Source: Trichoplax adhaerens | Taxonomy: Eukaryota; Animalia; Placozoa | NCBI RefSeq assembly: GCF_000150275.1 | Contig: NW_002060949.1 | Span: 1,175,836-1,239,835, forward strand | DNA: 64,000 nucleotides | Reading direction: 5' to 3' | Shown: one piece after another, positions 38,187 through 51,699 of the stretch | How positions within the stretch are numbered: the stretch's first letter is position 1 | Layout of the letters: the number at the start of each line of letters is the position of its first letter | Notes under the pieces: generated by a model | Databases searched by the model: none | What the model saw: the letters and a program-made list of their open reading frames with translations, nothing else | What the model was told of the DNA's origin: nothing | Translations under genes and position numbers: made by a program

Positions 38187-38349
38187 GAACTTCACCCTAC
38201 CTGTGCTTCAAGTCAATCGGGCCCAAAAGATACAAAGCATGCGCAAGCAATCCAAACCTGCAGATGACACTAGCAGCGAGAGCGGTCACACGTATCTGCT
38301 GCAATTTTTTTATCCATTTTTATCCTTTTGCCAGCCCTTACATCTCGAC

Positions 38350-41300
38350 ATGGCCAAAGAAGAAGACCGAAAACAAGATTTTTTATTAGAGTTATATAAA
38401 GAGAAAGAGAAACTAGATCCTTCCTTTTACCATAGTATACGATTACTTTCGAAAGGTAGGTAAGGATACACTGGAATGCTAAGCTAATCATCATGTCATC
38501 GAAATGGACAATGAAAGCATTTCATAGCCACGACTTTGTCTTGTTGGATCAATGATACATGGAAATTTCTATCGTTAAATATATATCGATAGCTTTCATT
38601 GCACTCTTTGTACATACAATCGATGATAGTCAAGTTATTTGAACAGCTCTGATATCGTTGAGACGATGGAATATTACTTTACTTTCGGATAGATTGCAGG
38701 TTTTCTGCCTGATTTCAGTGACCTTTTTCTTGATTGATAGAGTCAATTTTTGACTCAATCACAATAAGCCAATACTATATGCACTATTGCTCAAAATGAT
38801 TCTTTTCCTTTTTCATTTTGCTGCTATCTTCAAGACATGAACAGCTTTTAACAATTAATTTTATCCTAGTAGTGCAAAACGTTGAAATTGATCGTATTCC
38901 AGCGATGCTTTACAACAAAAATACTTTAATGACCACGGCTTGACTGTAGGCACCGTTTTACAAGCCATCATTGATTTCATCCTAAAGCACGTACAGTATA
39001 TTGTGCTAGATGATCGATACTGGATTAGAATGGAACAATAGCATCAATAAAATGGAGAGAAAAAGTGAATAAAATGGTGTACTTTACTACACTTAAATCG
39101 AACCCTCTTAATCAAATATTAGCAAGAATTCGAAAAATTAAATGTAATAAAAAAAGTTTATTTTACGAGGACAGAATCTTGCCCCCAAATTTGTATCATC
39201 TTTTCCAACTTCCTCTATATAACTATTAACTATACTTTATCGCTACTACCATACGATGATGTGAGACTAATAATGATTATCTTATTATTCAATTCTGAAC
39301 TGATTTTAGAAATTGCTCGAGTAGAATGTGGCGATGAAACGTCTGGTAATGGTTCTCTTAATAGCAATAATGTCAAACAGGAATCTCCAATGACATCCGT
39401 TCGACTTCATGATCCATATTCTCCCAGTGCTATCAAACTATCTGAAAGAGTATTAATTCCTGTCAAAGATTATCCAGGCGTAAGTTAGCAAATGAAAATT
39501 GCGTTTTGTTCCTATTTTACATACTGTATTATCACGATATCGATGCGTCTTCTAGCCTACGGGATACACTATTCTGGATCAATACAGTGCTGTGTTAGAA
39601 GGCACTTCTCTATTTGTACCAATTAGGAACAATCGAAAAAATAGCAAAGAAACCACTTATAAGCTTAAATTGTTCTTATCGACAAACCTTTAATATGATA
39701 TAAATCTTGTTTACATACAGATTCTCTATCATACCCTAAATTCGTAATTAATGAACCTCAATCTTATCAATTTAATTATCCAACGATTTAACCTCCTTCA
39801 ACATACATTACAATACTCTTCATTTACCTTATGTAAATTTTTTTGGCGTCGTCAGCATAATCCAACTTTAAAAAAATAAGGTATTGTCTTGATCAGTATA
39901 ATATACAGTAAATACAAATCGAACTGCTCTATGTTTAGGACATAAATAGTAGAAACTTTTTCAGGAAGAGAGAAATAAAAGTAGAATATTCCATACAGTA
40001 GCCTTGTCGATAAGGTGATACTGTAATCATTGAAACGTACAGTATGAGTAAAATATCATCTACTACTGTAGATCTAATTGTAGCAATTAAGGTTAAATGT
40101 AGTCATTAGTATGACACAAACACTTAATGTCGTATTATACAGTAATTGTAATTTTACTCAACGAAAAAATCTTTTGTTCTATCATTAGACATTTTTAGTA
40201 CAAATTAAACATTGAATGCAGTCAAAGTGGGCCTCATCAAGTGCCTAAGCTGTAAATCATTTTCCCATTTTAGCTAATTTCAAATTGTTAATTGATTTTT
40301 AAGTAGCACACTATCAACAAACTATAGACGATAAATGGACCGTTGTACATTAATGATGATCAGCATTTGCTATCTGTGCGATTCAAGTATTGATTTTTCG
40401 ATACTCTCCGTCAAGTTATCGAGATGTTGAATCGATTACCAACAAGAGGGGTTTAGAGAGAGAGAGAAACTATCTTCGTTTAGTTCATTCAATATACTGT
40501 ATGCTCTTTTATTTAATCTCTCAAATACTAAGTGGTATATTTAGGACGTTCTAGCTTTTAAAAAAATACTAGTATCCTAAGCTGTTGCCTGAGTATTATC
40601 CGTATTATTGACTCTAACCTGTGCTTCATTCACGTAGATGTTGTCGTAGTTATGCAATAGTCACATTAAAATATTTTAAATAGCCTATAAAACACGTATC
40701 GTTTTAATCATCTGTTGTCTTCTGCGACTTGCATCAGCGATAATGATAGCATTAGAGAAATTTTTTCTTTACAGAATCTACAAAGAAACGTATTCATGCC
40801 TTTATTTAAAGAGAATACGTACATTTATTATCTCAAGTAAATTTTTTGAAGATTACAACAAAAGCACAGAGATATTAGCGATTTTGAGTTATCCTTTAGC
40901 AATTTGTTGGATTGCGCATAATAGATTGCCCCTGTACAGTAAATAACAAAAAACATGCTCTGATCATTCTAAAAAAGTAGTTTACGTTCTTTTATTACAA
41001 CTGTGCAATATTGATTTTAGTAGATAGATACGTGGATAATAGTAGACTTTTGATGCCTATGCGGCCATACCGAGAATCCTTTCACAATTTACTTATGCTA
41101 AGCGATCCTCAATTGTATTCATCATTAAGTATAATCTTGTAATGTACTGTACACTGTACAATAAGGCAGATAGTGGCCAGAAAACAGCGATAAAATTGCT
41201 AAACTTTTAAATGACCTTCTAATAAATGTTATAGTTCAATTTTATTGGAAAACTACTCGGTCCTCGTGGTAACACGCTAAAGAGGCTCCAATCTGATACA

Positions 41301-43799
41301 TTGACGAAAATGTCAATACTTGGTAAAGGGTCGATAAGAGATAAGGAAAAGGTAGTATCAACAATATCTAACGTATTGAATGGTTCTAACAAAATTTTAA
41401 TGCATAACGGTTAAATAAATAGATCACATTTACTTGTCTCAAGTGACCGGAGTAGAATATTGTAAATATGAAGCGTAATAACTAATACGGCATCATTAAA
41501 GGCTTACTGGGTACTAAATGTACGCGTACTTTTTGTAGTTTGCAAGTAACTTAATCCCACCTAACATCAAGAAAAAGATAACAATTGCGTTTTAATAGGA
41601 ATAGTTACATTTATCTTAGATATAAATTATTCATAGTAGTCGCAACTACAGTACAATAAACACGTCCGTTACGGACTTGCTCTATTTTTGAGCGACATTG
41701 TAAATCAATCCCGGATACCATCCTAAAAAAAGATGGGAGATTGATCTTACTGCGAACATTTTTTAATACTTGCTTGTAGGATAAAATTGCTCTAAATTCA
41801 TTATTTATTACGTAAACGTAAGAAATTAATGCTTGCAAAAACTTCTATTATATGCGTACTTTTGTAATCAGTTGCTATATAATATTCAATATTTTTCTCA
41901 TTCCAATTTCCTATCAGACAGCTGTTCACTTGCGTAACAGATTGAAATAGTCATCAACTGTTTTATAACATTTCATATCACCATTCGAGGTGTCTTTTTT
42001 TTCTATCCAAAGTATTCAGAAATATTAGAGTATAAAAAATTCCTTACAATTTCCTATCAGACAGCTGTTCACTTGCGTAACAGATTGAAATAGTCATCAA
42101 CTGTTTTGTAACATTTCATATCACCATTCGAGGTGTCTTTTTTTTCTATTCAAAGTATTCAGAAATATTAAGAGTATAAAAAATTCCTTATTAAATAATT
42201 TTCAGATATTAAAGTATAATTTTATTATGTTTACATTGTATCTACTACAGGAAGAAGAATTAAGGCGGGATGATCCTAGCAGTCACTTACATTTAGATTT
42301 ACATGTCCTCATTGAGGTGGAAGCACCTTATCATGAAGCACATCAACGCCTATGCGCTTCTGTAGAAGCTTTAAGAAAATTTCTGAGGCCGGTAAGTGTT
42401 GGCTGGTTTTTTAACTTTTATTATAGGGCTCTACATGCTCGTGAAAAAAAAAAAATTAAAAAATCAGTCATTTATTAGCCTACTAATCTAAGTTCCACGA
42501 ATCCGTAATTTCTTATTATTACTGACATCGTAAGCGTTTGCAATCAATTTCTTTATTTTGTGTTGAAATCAACATGTAGAGTGCAGCTAATATTGCCTAT
42601 TCATATAATCAACAGTTCGTTGTGTTATTTTCTTAATAATTGTACAGTACTAGCAACAAGCATTCGTCCAAAATATTGCTGACATTGCTAAACATAGTTT
42701 TATAATGCTAACGATCAAGTTGTGTAAATGTTGTACCCTTTTTGAATATCAAACAAAGACAAACAGTGATCCTCTCCACCAACAGCAAATGATCGAATTA
42801 GCTTATTTATCTGGTAAGCAAGACGAAAGTGGAGATTCTGTCGCTGTAGCTAAATCTTATCCCAGACCTATCATTCACCGCAAACTTACGGAGATTGATG
42901 CGCCAACTGAAAGAAGAGTTAATGATCCTTCGCAGATTTTAAGAGCAAAAACTTTATTCGCATCTCGTTCCGCTACTTTGGGCAGAGTACGTGAGAGTGT
43001 ACCATCAAAGTATACAGAATATACTGAAGAAAAGTATGATCCACGCTACGAGGAAAATTACTCTGTAAGTAGCAATGTAACTTTGTTTAAAATTATTCAC
43101 TTCCTCAATTTACCATAATCTTTTTGTATCATTTTAACTAATGTCTTATAGCCTTACTCATCAGACTTCATGGAACCAAGGTTTGGATAATTCAAGTTAA
43201 ATCAGTATTAACAGTATCAATTTACCTATTTGTAGTCCAATATATACGTGTAATGCTAAAACCTTAACGCTTCATTTCTCTGATTGTAGTAATCAAGGTT
43301 CGCGTTATATTTATACATATGATACCCCTAGCGAATCTCATGCTGATTCCAATATCGATAAATTTGGTGAATATGATGGTCAGTTAATGAAATAGAAAAT
43401 GAATATGATGAAATTGCATTAGTTTAGATATTACAATAATAGAACGGCTATTGGCTGCTGTGCAAGTTGAACAAAGTAACTTGATTTAGTATTTTCTACT
43501 GGTGGTGTTTTTCCGCCGTTAGATGATACTCTCAACAGTCATAAACTTGTAAATATAGCCGAACATGAACATGCTGTGCTCATAGTCCTAGTGATAGCGT
43601 TCACCTATCACTAGTCTCCAGCAGATCGATATTCATCATCACGTAGCTTTTAATTAATCTCTTACCTCTGTCTTTAAGTATTTTTACTAAAAGGGTAAAT
43701 ATCATTTATTCATAATGTGTAGAAGACTGGCGAAAATCACAGATGAAAATGCATTCTAATCGAAACAAAATTTACAGACGGAGTGCTCATCCCTATTGA
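38350..43799 (+). CDS. KHDRBS: STAR-family KH RNA-binding protein (KHDRBS/Sam68/SLM type), about 8 coding exons
   Basis: QUA1 [23 protein letters not shown]; KH domain [15 protein letters not shown]|[19 protein letters not shown]...[15 protein letters not shown]|EEELR...DLHVLIEV; QUA2 [12 protein letters not shown]; a Tyr-rich tail; C-terminal RRSAHPY* (PY-NLS-like, as in Sam68). Confidence 0.93.
41904..42190 (+). repeat. Direct tandem duplication (143 + 144 bp) in a KHDRBS intron
   Basis: Units 41904-42046 and 42047-42190 differ at 3 positions by eye (two substitutions, one 1-bp indel). Confidence 0.95.
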
Positions 43800-45889
43800 G
43801 AAAGCACGTAGTAAATAGTATAGTTAAGGATTTTTTACAAACCATAACAATTGTCATCCTTTCATGTCCTCGGAAAAAATGAATTGGCCAGATCATCCAT
43901 ATGATAATAATGTAAAAAGAGGCGACTACCTACATCCGTGGCAACACAACTACTATCATCTTAAAAGCTAAAGCATCGCTATAGAATTAATCCAATGGAA
44001 TTGAATTCCTATTTAAAAAATTGTAAAAATTCTATCGACAGGTAAATGGAACACCCCTTCACTAGAGGTACATGCCTCTACCAGGAAAATAATTTATTAT
44101 CGACTGTTAATATTATTTATCATATCAGAGTTTCGATTAATATCTACAGCATTAGGCGCTGCAAAAAGGTGAATACAGAATTTTCTGAACTATTTTAGTT
44201 CTATGTTATCGCTGCACTGTAGTAAGCCCAACGTTTATTGGCTTTTATTCCTATTTGTTGATCTATGATCTTTTATTAAATTACATGACCTAACTCAATA
44301 ATGTAATTTGTGATGAATGCGTAACTAGTCTACTATTAAGCCCATTACCTATTCAAAATTTATTGATGGCGGTATCTGAATCAACAATTTCAATATTTGT
44401 AGGTAGGGGGCATTAATATTCCACTAATGATTATTAGTTCAGTCACCGCGTCCGATATTAAAGCAATTACTTTGCATCGAAATTATGAATTTTTAAAATA
44501 CATAAAACTAATATATCTCGATAAATTTCAAATCAATGCTGTTAAAATGAACCCATAATACAAATTAACTATACATTGTGTTCAAATTTTCGATTTCGAA
44601 TTTATATTATACAGATTCTTTCCTTTATTGCATAAATAACGACATTGTTGTTAAAGATATAATAACTGCGAAGTAATTAAGATAATCTAAACTTCGAATT
44701 AACTATACTGTAAGATCTCTTCAACAAGTAGATCTAAAATTTATTTTATACAGAGCAGTTTTGTGATATTACTATCACAAATACTGATACTGAAGTCACT
44801 ATAAAATAAAGTCGAATATTGATTATTCTAAGGATACACATGTACGCATATGTACTACATAACCGACATGGGACTTGTACGAGTGTAATCACTTGGTATA
44901 GTCGTAGCCAAATTATTCTACGTATCAGATACAAATATATTGTAAAGTTTTTTTTATAACATATAAGCCCTAAACGAATAAACTAGAGCCCTCTCATATC
45001 GGTCTTTATACTGATAGAAATAACATAGACACACGAAGTTACAAAAATAATTACTTAGGTGAAGTCTTCTCAATAACTTTCTCTAGTTAAACTGCCCATA
45101 CAATTACTAGCAAGGACTCTCGAACTCGTTAGTCCTAGGTGTTAGTAACACGATAATTAAGTCTTTATAAAGAAAGGACGTTGTTACTCTTAGTTCTTCT
45201 AAGCGATTTAATGCTCTGTTAAAGCTACCGACATCGTAGAGGATACATTATGATTTATTAATTTTACGAAGACACTTACATCGTGGCTTACAGTAATTAA
45301 CGTATTCAGTAACTGACACCAACACAGTTATTTAATGCAAGCGGACGGTAATAAATCATAGAAGTCAACAAATCCACAGTATGATGGATAATAAGAGATG
45401 ATGAGTTAGCTGGAGGTACTGCGTTTTTTCCGGTATACTTTTATCTCTGAATCTTAATCTAAACTACATGTATGATCAGTAATATCGTATTCTGTACAAT
45501 AATAAAATTTCTAAGTGGCCAATTGCCACAAGCAGTAAGAAATTAATGGAAAGATATACATGTATTAAATCACAGTTGTAGAATGGAAGAAAAAAGACTA
45601 ACTAATCCCCTTTATAAAGAACCTTAACGAGGAAACATATAAACCTTTGCTAATAAGTATTGAAACATGATATCTGCAGCAAATAAAAGATAGCTCTAAG
45701 AAGTGTAACATGCAAATCGAACAATTTTAGTGACACTCACTAAACACATAATAAGATCATGTAAAAAAATTGCAGGAAAATTTAACGTAACCTATAATAT
45801 CACCATGAATAATGCTGATAATAATATATCGAAATACTTATTGTGAGTTAACACTTGCAGGTAAAGAAACGGATAGCTAGCTTCTACGC

Positions 45890-48800
45890 TCAATTAATGA
45901 TCTGAGAAATAAAAGAATTATAGGTATTATACAATATAACGCAATACTACAATAAAAATATCGTGTTAATCGTATTTATCCTTCATACTTACTGAAAAAA
46001 TAGTAGATTTAATAAAGTCTTTTTGAGATGAAATATCAATATCGGGGAATTCTTCCAGCAACTTCATAGTCACATAAAAGAACGTCCAAAAGAAATTATT
46101 TTCACACGGAGAGTTTAAAATGAACCTTAATAATTTCCTACCTCCCGACAAACAGACTTTATCGTAACATTTTGTAAGTCAGCACCATCTAACAATTTTG
46201 TAATTGCAGCTTCGATTTCGCTATCCTGTTATAACATTGTTTAAATTGATAAAAATAAATTTTACAGCATATTTAGTTTCGACTACATCTAGCACCACAA
46301 AACTAACGTACTGTCGGCGGATCTTTTTTCATCTTCTTTGCTAGCGGCTCTTCATCCGAACTATCAAAGTCATCCACAACTATAAAATGTTCACGAATTT
46401 ATTTAAGAGATTACATTTCAGAAGCACTAATGTTGGTACACAAACCCGTCTTTGCCTTTCTTTTCTTCTTCTTGGTTGGGGATTTCGTCTTGATCTGCTT
46501 TTCTTTCCGAGGAGGCTTCTTAGCCTATTAAATATTAAATGTAAACTTCTTTAAGTAATTAAATCAATAAAATTTATACCATTAAACAACAATAGAGTTA
46601 CAACTAATTATCACAGATATTTCAACGCTTTAGATTAGTAACAATACCCATACCGTTTTGGGACGTTTCGGTTTTTTCCCTATCAAAAGATACGTAAAAT
46701 GCGAAAAATTTTCATTGACCATAATAGAAGTGCTTACAAATCTCAACCAATAATACGCATGTTAAAAGTAAAATTTGTTACAATATAAGTTTAGCTGACC
46801 ACTACCTGAGCTTCTAGTTGAACCCTAAAATTAATAAAGATTTGTTAAATTATTTTTTTCTTAAGAATCAACATATTGCAATTAAGATTGTAACACTTTC
46901 GTTGAGTAATTAATAGGGATAACTTTGCTTACTGTTACCTGAGCGCCTGAGCTAGACGGTACAAGCAAAAATTCCATTATATGTTCTATCATTTCGACCT
47001 TGATAAATATATTTTATTAAATTGCAGTTATACGATATAAAGATGATATGGTAGGCTAATTTATGACTAGTTTATACCTTTGAAGCACCGCGTTGAACAC
47101 ATATTATGCCACACAAATTTCGTAGATCGGAAGATGTCATTCTTAACGATAACGATTAGATTAACTCTAGTGTCTTAACTAGTGCTTCCCTATGAGATAG
47201 CAAGACTATTTGCAGTCGTTAAAGTTGACTTACTTTGATAACATTTTCTCTTTTGTTTGATATTCATCACTAGTCTAAAGGTCAAAGAAGTCATTGTAAT
47301 GATCATTCATGATAAATAAGTGTATACATACATATATCTCTTACAGTGTCAAAGTTGAATCCTCGGAAATCTCGAATATTTCTTTTCACTTCAGTAGCCT
47401 AAATTAAAGAGCGAAACGATGCGATTAAGCTATCGAACCAAATACGGGCTAAAAAGCACAGCTTACCGATCCAGGGCGACCAAATAGTAGTCTATGTAAA
47501 GGTTTTAAGGTATCTGCCTTAGAACCTGTTACCGCAGTTTCGACTACATAAATTGAAGCCATAAGATAAGTTAAAAAAATAAAACCTTCCTATATTAATT
47601 TATGTCATAATAAATCATGCATTTCCAGCAATACTTTGTGAAATATCTCCGAGACGTTCGCCTTTGCCAGTAGAAAAATCGATTTTAGTTTTGACTTTAA
47701 CAGGAATTTTTAAATGTAGCCGATCCGTTGTTTTGCGTACTCGAGCACCTTCCTGAATTAGAGGTTTGTCGTAAATACCTACCAAATAAAATAGCATCAA
47801 ATCGTAATTTAAAATTTCAATGCATTCGGGAATCAGCATACCTCTTACTGAATATTAGGTATGCAATAACTAAATATCATCATGGCATTTAAAACCTTGA
47901 TACTAATAAGATTTCGACTTGAAATATATGCAATATGTTTACTTTAATATTATCTTTGATAAGAGTGAAATCTTGAGTGAGTAAACCAAGTTAAATATTA
48001 ATAAATAAATCATTACCAACCTAAATGTTTGGTGTTATCGTCGCCATTCTCGCTGACACCTTAAATATCAGTAGGCACGCGTAGGTCAATTGAACGTGTC
48101 GTAAGTAATTATAATTAAGAATACAGACTGCATTCAAAAGACAACCATACCGGAATCTTCATTAGCTTCTGAGGTTTCGATTTCATCCTTGGTCTTAGTC
48201 GCAGCCTATATCAACGACACGAATAAAGTACGGGTATGATCCGATAAATTATTACATTAACTTGCTAATATTTATATGATTCCACAAATCATATCATGCA
48301 ACTCAATTCACGAACTTCATATATTGTAACAGGATTTTGTAAGTATGACAGATTCAAAAATTCTCAAACATCTCATAGGGGTAATTAACTGTAATGAAAA
48401 ATCTATTTCATGCAATCTTCGGTAGTATGCTATAGGAGTTTTAACCTGAAATCTTATTATCTACAATCATTGCACGGCATTTCTTAAGATATGCATGGCA
48501 ATTTTTTAGTTAATATTTAGTGATTCCCTCTAGTAGAATAATTCAGTGCAGTTACATCAGGTATAATTGTCTTTCTTTTAATGCAGTAAGGAAGCTATAT
48601 GTTGGAACGTATCAAATACTTATCACTCGAAACGATAACGTATTCGTTACATCTGGTGCTTTTAGTACTAATATCAGTATCGTTACAATTTAACAACAGT
48701 CACCAACAATTACAAAGATTATCTTCAATACTACATCTATAAGGGTTTTATCTATGTGATAGCAGCAACCAGAGTATATTTATATAAGAGTACGCACGAT

Positions 48801-50196
48801 TACTAACTGATTGCCTAAACGCAATATATCATTATATTTTCATTTATAACATGTCACTTTTAGTTTAAATAGTGCACAAAGCTGATGAAGCTGTTAGCAC
48901 ATCCGTTATAACGCCCTTTAGATATTTATTCGTGTTTAGCGTCAATTAAAGACAGACTGATCTACTACAAAGTATGGTGCTATTTGTACGCTTCTTTATT
49001 AAACAACTATTGTTGAGTAATAATATTTCAGGCTAGAATTTCCTTTAATTCCTTTAATAGCTGGCACAGTAGTACTATTTAGTGAGCAAAAATACGTCAT
49101 ACGAGTACTATTGTAGCTATGTACAGTACATTAGCATATTGCGAAGTACTGTGTATATAATAATTTTTAAATGCTAGCGCATTCCCTTAATATAGTATCG
49201 AAATCGAGCAGTGCCAAAAGCTATAATTGTACTAGTATTATACGTACACCGCTTTATGAGGGTAACCTATATGTGAAAATAATTATTTAAATTACAGATA
49301 AATCATCGATTCTATTTCAATATACCCGTATACGTACAATGTATAGGGTATCATATCAATTTCAATTTAGATGACTGTCATTGCTCAAGGCTAAGCGTAC
49401 AGTATCACGTCAGACCAGTATACTGTACAAGCCCATAACTTTATTGAATTCGAAAAACATTAATTATCATTCCGTAACTATCATGCTACATCCACTAAAC
49501 TGCTGGAAGAATCTAATAACGTGAAAATTGATCTAAGTATCAGAAGATAGTACATAGACTACTCGCTAAAGCTAGAACAGTTTAAGAATATGAATTGGGT
49601 TGATAATACTCTTGTGCAAAGGGGATCCAAATTGGTGACAATACAGTCCATATTAGATTGAATAGTTGCTGAATGAGTTAGTGTGTTTACGTGCAACCTA
49701 CAGTAAGCTATCTACAGTAGACTACAATAGTTTAGAATTGGACACTGGCCTATTTGATGTAATTAACTACTGTACAGTATGTCCACCATTAGTAAATGAT
49801 TGTTTACAGGTCCGATTGCAAACTACTGTAAAAATGGTAGCGATAGAATTGTAGAAGTTGTCCGAGACTCCTACGTAGTGTATCGTGCATAATACTACAC
49901 AGGCAACAAATGCTTATAGCGGTGTCTGACATCTCGTGGTATCTTGTCAGTTAGCACCTGATATAGAATCAGCAGCCTCGACATTTTTATTGAACTCATT
50001 TGGATGGTTTCACTGTCCATAGGTCTACAACAGTATTGTGTTCAATGCCAATTCGAGGAATAAAGCCGTTACATAAACGTCTTGGAACTGCACTAGCTAT
50101 CGCAAAGAGAGTGAAAGAGCTGCAACCTCCATAATGTATGTACTGTATAGACACACGCATTATATCATCAATACTTACGGTATTATCTGTCGACAT
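45890..50196 (-). CDS. DEK: Chromatin protein DEK, multi-exon with several micro-exons
   Basis: IYDKPLIQEGARVRKTTDRL, GKGERLGDI, LKPLHRLLFGRPG, KKNIRDFRGFNF, SAP-like LRNLCGIICVQRGASK, SSDEEPLAKK...PP, and DEK_C DGADLQNVTIKSVC...KDFIKSTIFSIIN*. The first exon MSTDNT (50179-50196) joins in phase to the exon at about 48151-48206; the start is less certain than the core. Confidence 0.9.
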
Positions 50197-50378
50197 ATTG
50201 TAGTGTATCGGTATTTCTTTGAGAATCAACAGTCGCTTTTCTTGATGTTGGGAAATCCAAATTCTAATTAATCATCATATACGTCTACGTATATAATTCA
50301 AAGATTACTTGGTGTTTTTGCGCCAAACCTCTTTGTTTAGCAATCAGGCAGACCAGGGCTCGGCGGCTTTTGCGAGAG

Positions 50379-50535
50379 CGTACAGTACAGTACAGTACAG
50401 TATGACATGTACTGTACACTGTACTGTACAGTACTCCTGCAGTACTGTAGACAGTTGTACAGTACTGTACAGTATAGTACTGTACAGTACAGTGTATTAC
50501 ACCGTATATTACAGTGTACAGTACTGTAACTGTAG
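50379..50535. promoter_or_regulatory. GTAC island upstream of DEK
   Basis: (tacag)4 and repeated TACAGTACTGTA palindromes about 185 bp upstream of the DEK ATG. Confidence 0.7.
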
Positions 50536-51699
50536 CTGTATCAAGCCTCACTCAACAGTACTCGACAGTTGATTATATAATAATAATTAATTATAATGTA
50601 ATGTACATGTACTGTACATAAATCAATTCGAATCAGTCAATCAAAAGGGAAAAAGTTGAATTTTCCTTTCTAGTTTGTGCTGCTTCGCTTTCATAATCAT
50701 CATTCCGTAACTTTTATTTTAGCCTCATACTTGTATCCTTAATCTCTTGCTCGTGTTCTATCGAATATTAAATTCCTACATACTGTATTAAAATACAATA
50801 CTATATTACGAATCTAGGTCAAAAAGCGTTCTGGGTTACGCCAGTACAGTATAGTGCATTAGAGAATGGACTCTATTCAACCACGTGTGATCTTTAAGGT
50901 CAAGAGGTAACTGTGAATCTGTGACATTGCAAGTTTATCTAGCTGAGAATTCTATTTAGCATTGTTGATAGACTAAAATTGGACATCACGGCTATACGCT
51001 ATGGTGCACTGCATACTGTATTGTAGGAACTACCAAGACTTGAAATCGGTGATTGATACGATATTACTATTTACTTTACTAGGGTACATAATTGCTTGAA
51101 ACTTAAAACTTGTCCCAATGGAGTCATGCATGCTGTAGTAATTCCTAATGAATAATATCCCCATGGCCATTAACTAACTGTAAAATTTACAGGAATCCAC
51201 AAACGCAATATTGATACATTATCCACACAAATAAAATACAGTACACTATCAATTTTCAAGATTTATTAGACTTTATTGGTTCAAAGTTGTATTATACATT
51301 ATAGTGCGCGGTACATAACATACTTGTACAGCTGGTACCAGACAGTGTAATGACATACTGTAATCTACGTATATAATACTGTCACTACCTACTAATAACC
51401 TAGCACGATAGCAACCTGAGCGTTACTGCATTATACTGAGTACTCAATACAGTATACGCGTATTCTATCTATAAAGGTAATTATCAAGATTGTTACTCAT
51501 ATATATTAAAAGTTAATATATAATCCAAAAAATTTATCAGTTACTGTATATAAGATCGGTTCCATTGTATGAGCCATTTACAGAGGTTAAACTAAACTAT
51601 CCTGCATTTCTCCGGATAAAAATTTCTAACACTATCATAATAGATCTACTGTATATCCATTTCTGCAGGAACAGCATATAACAACGGCGGCGGGAAAAA

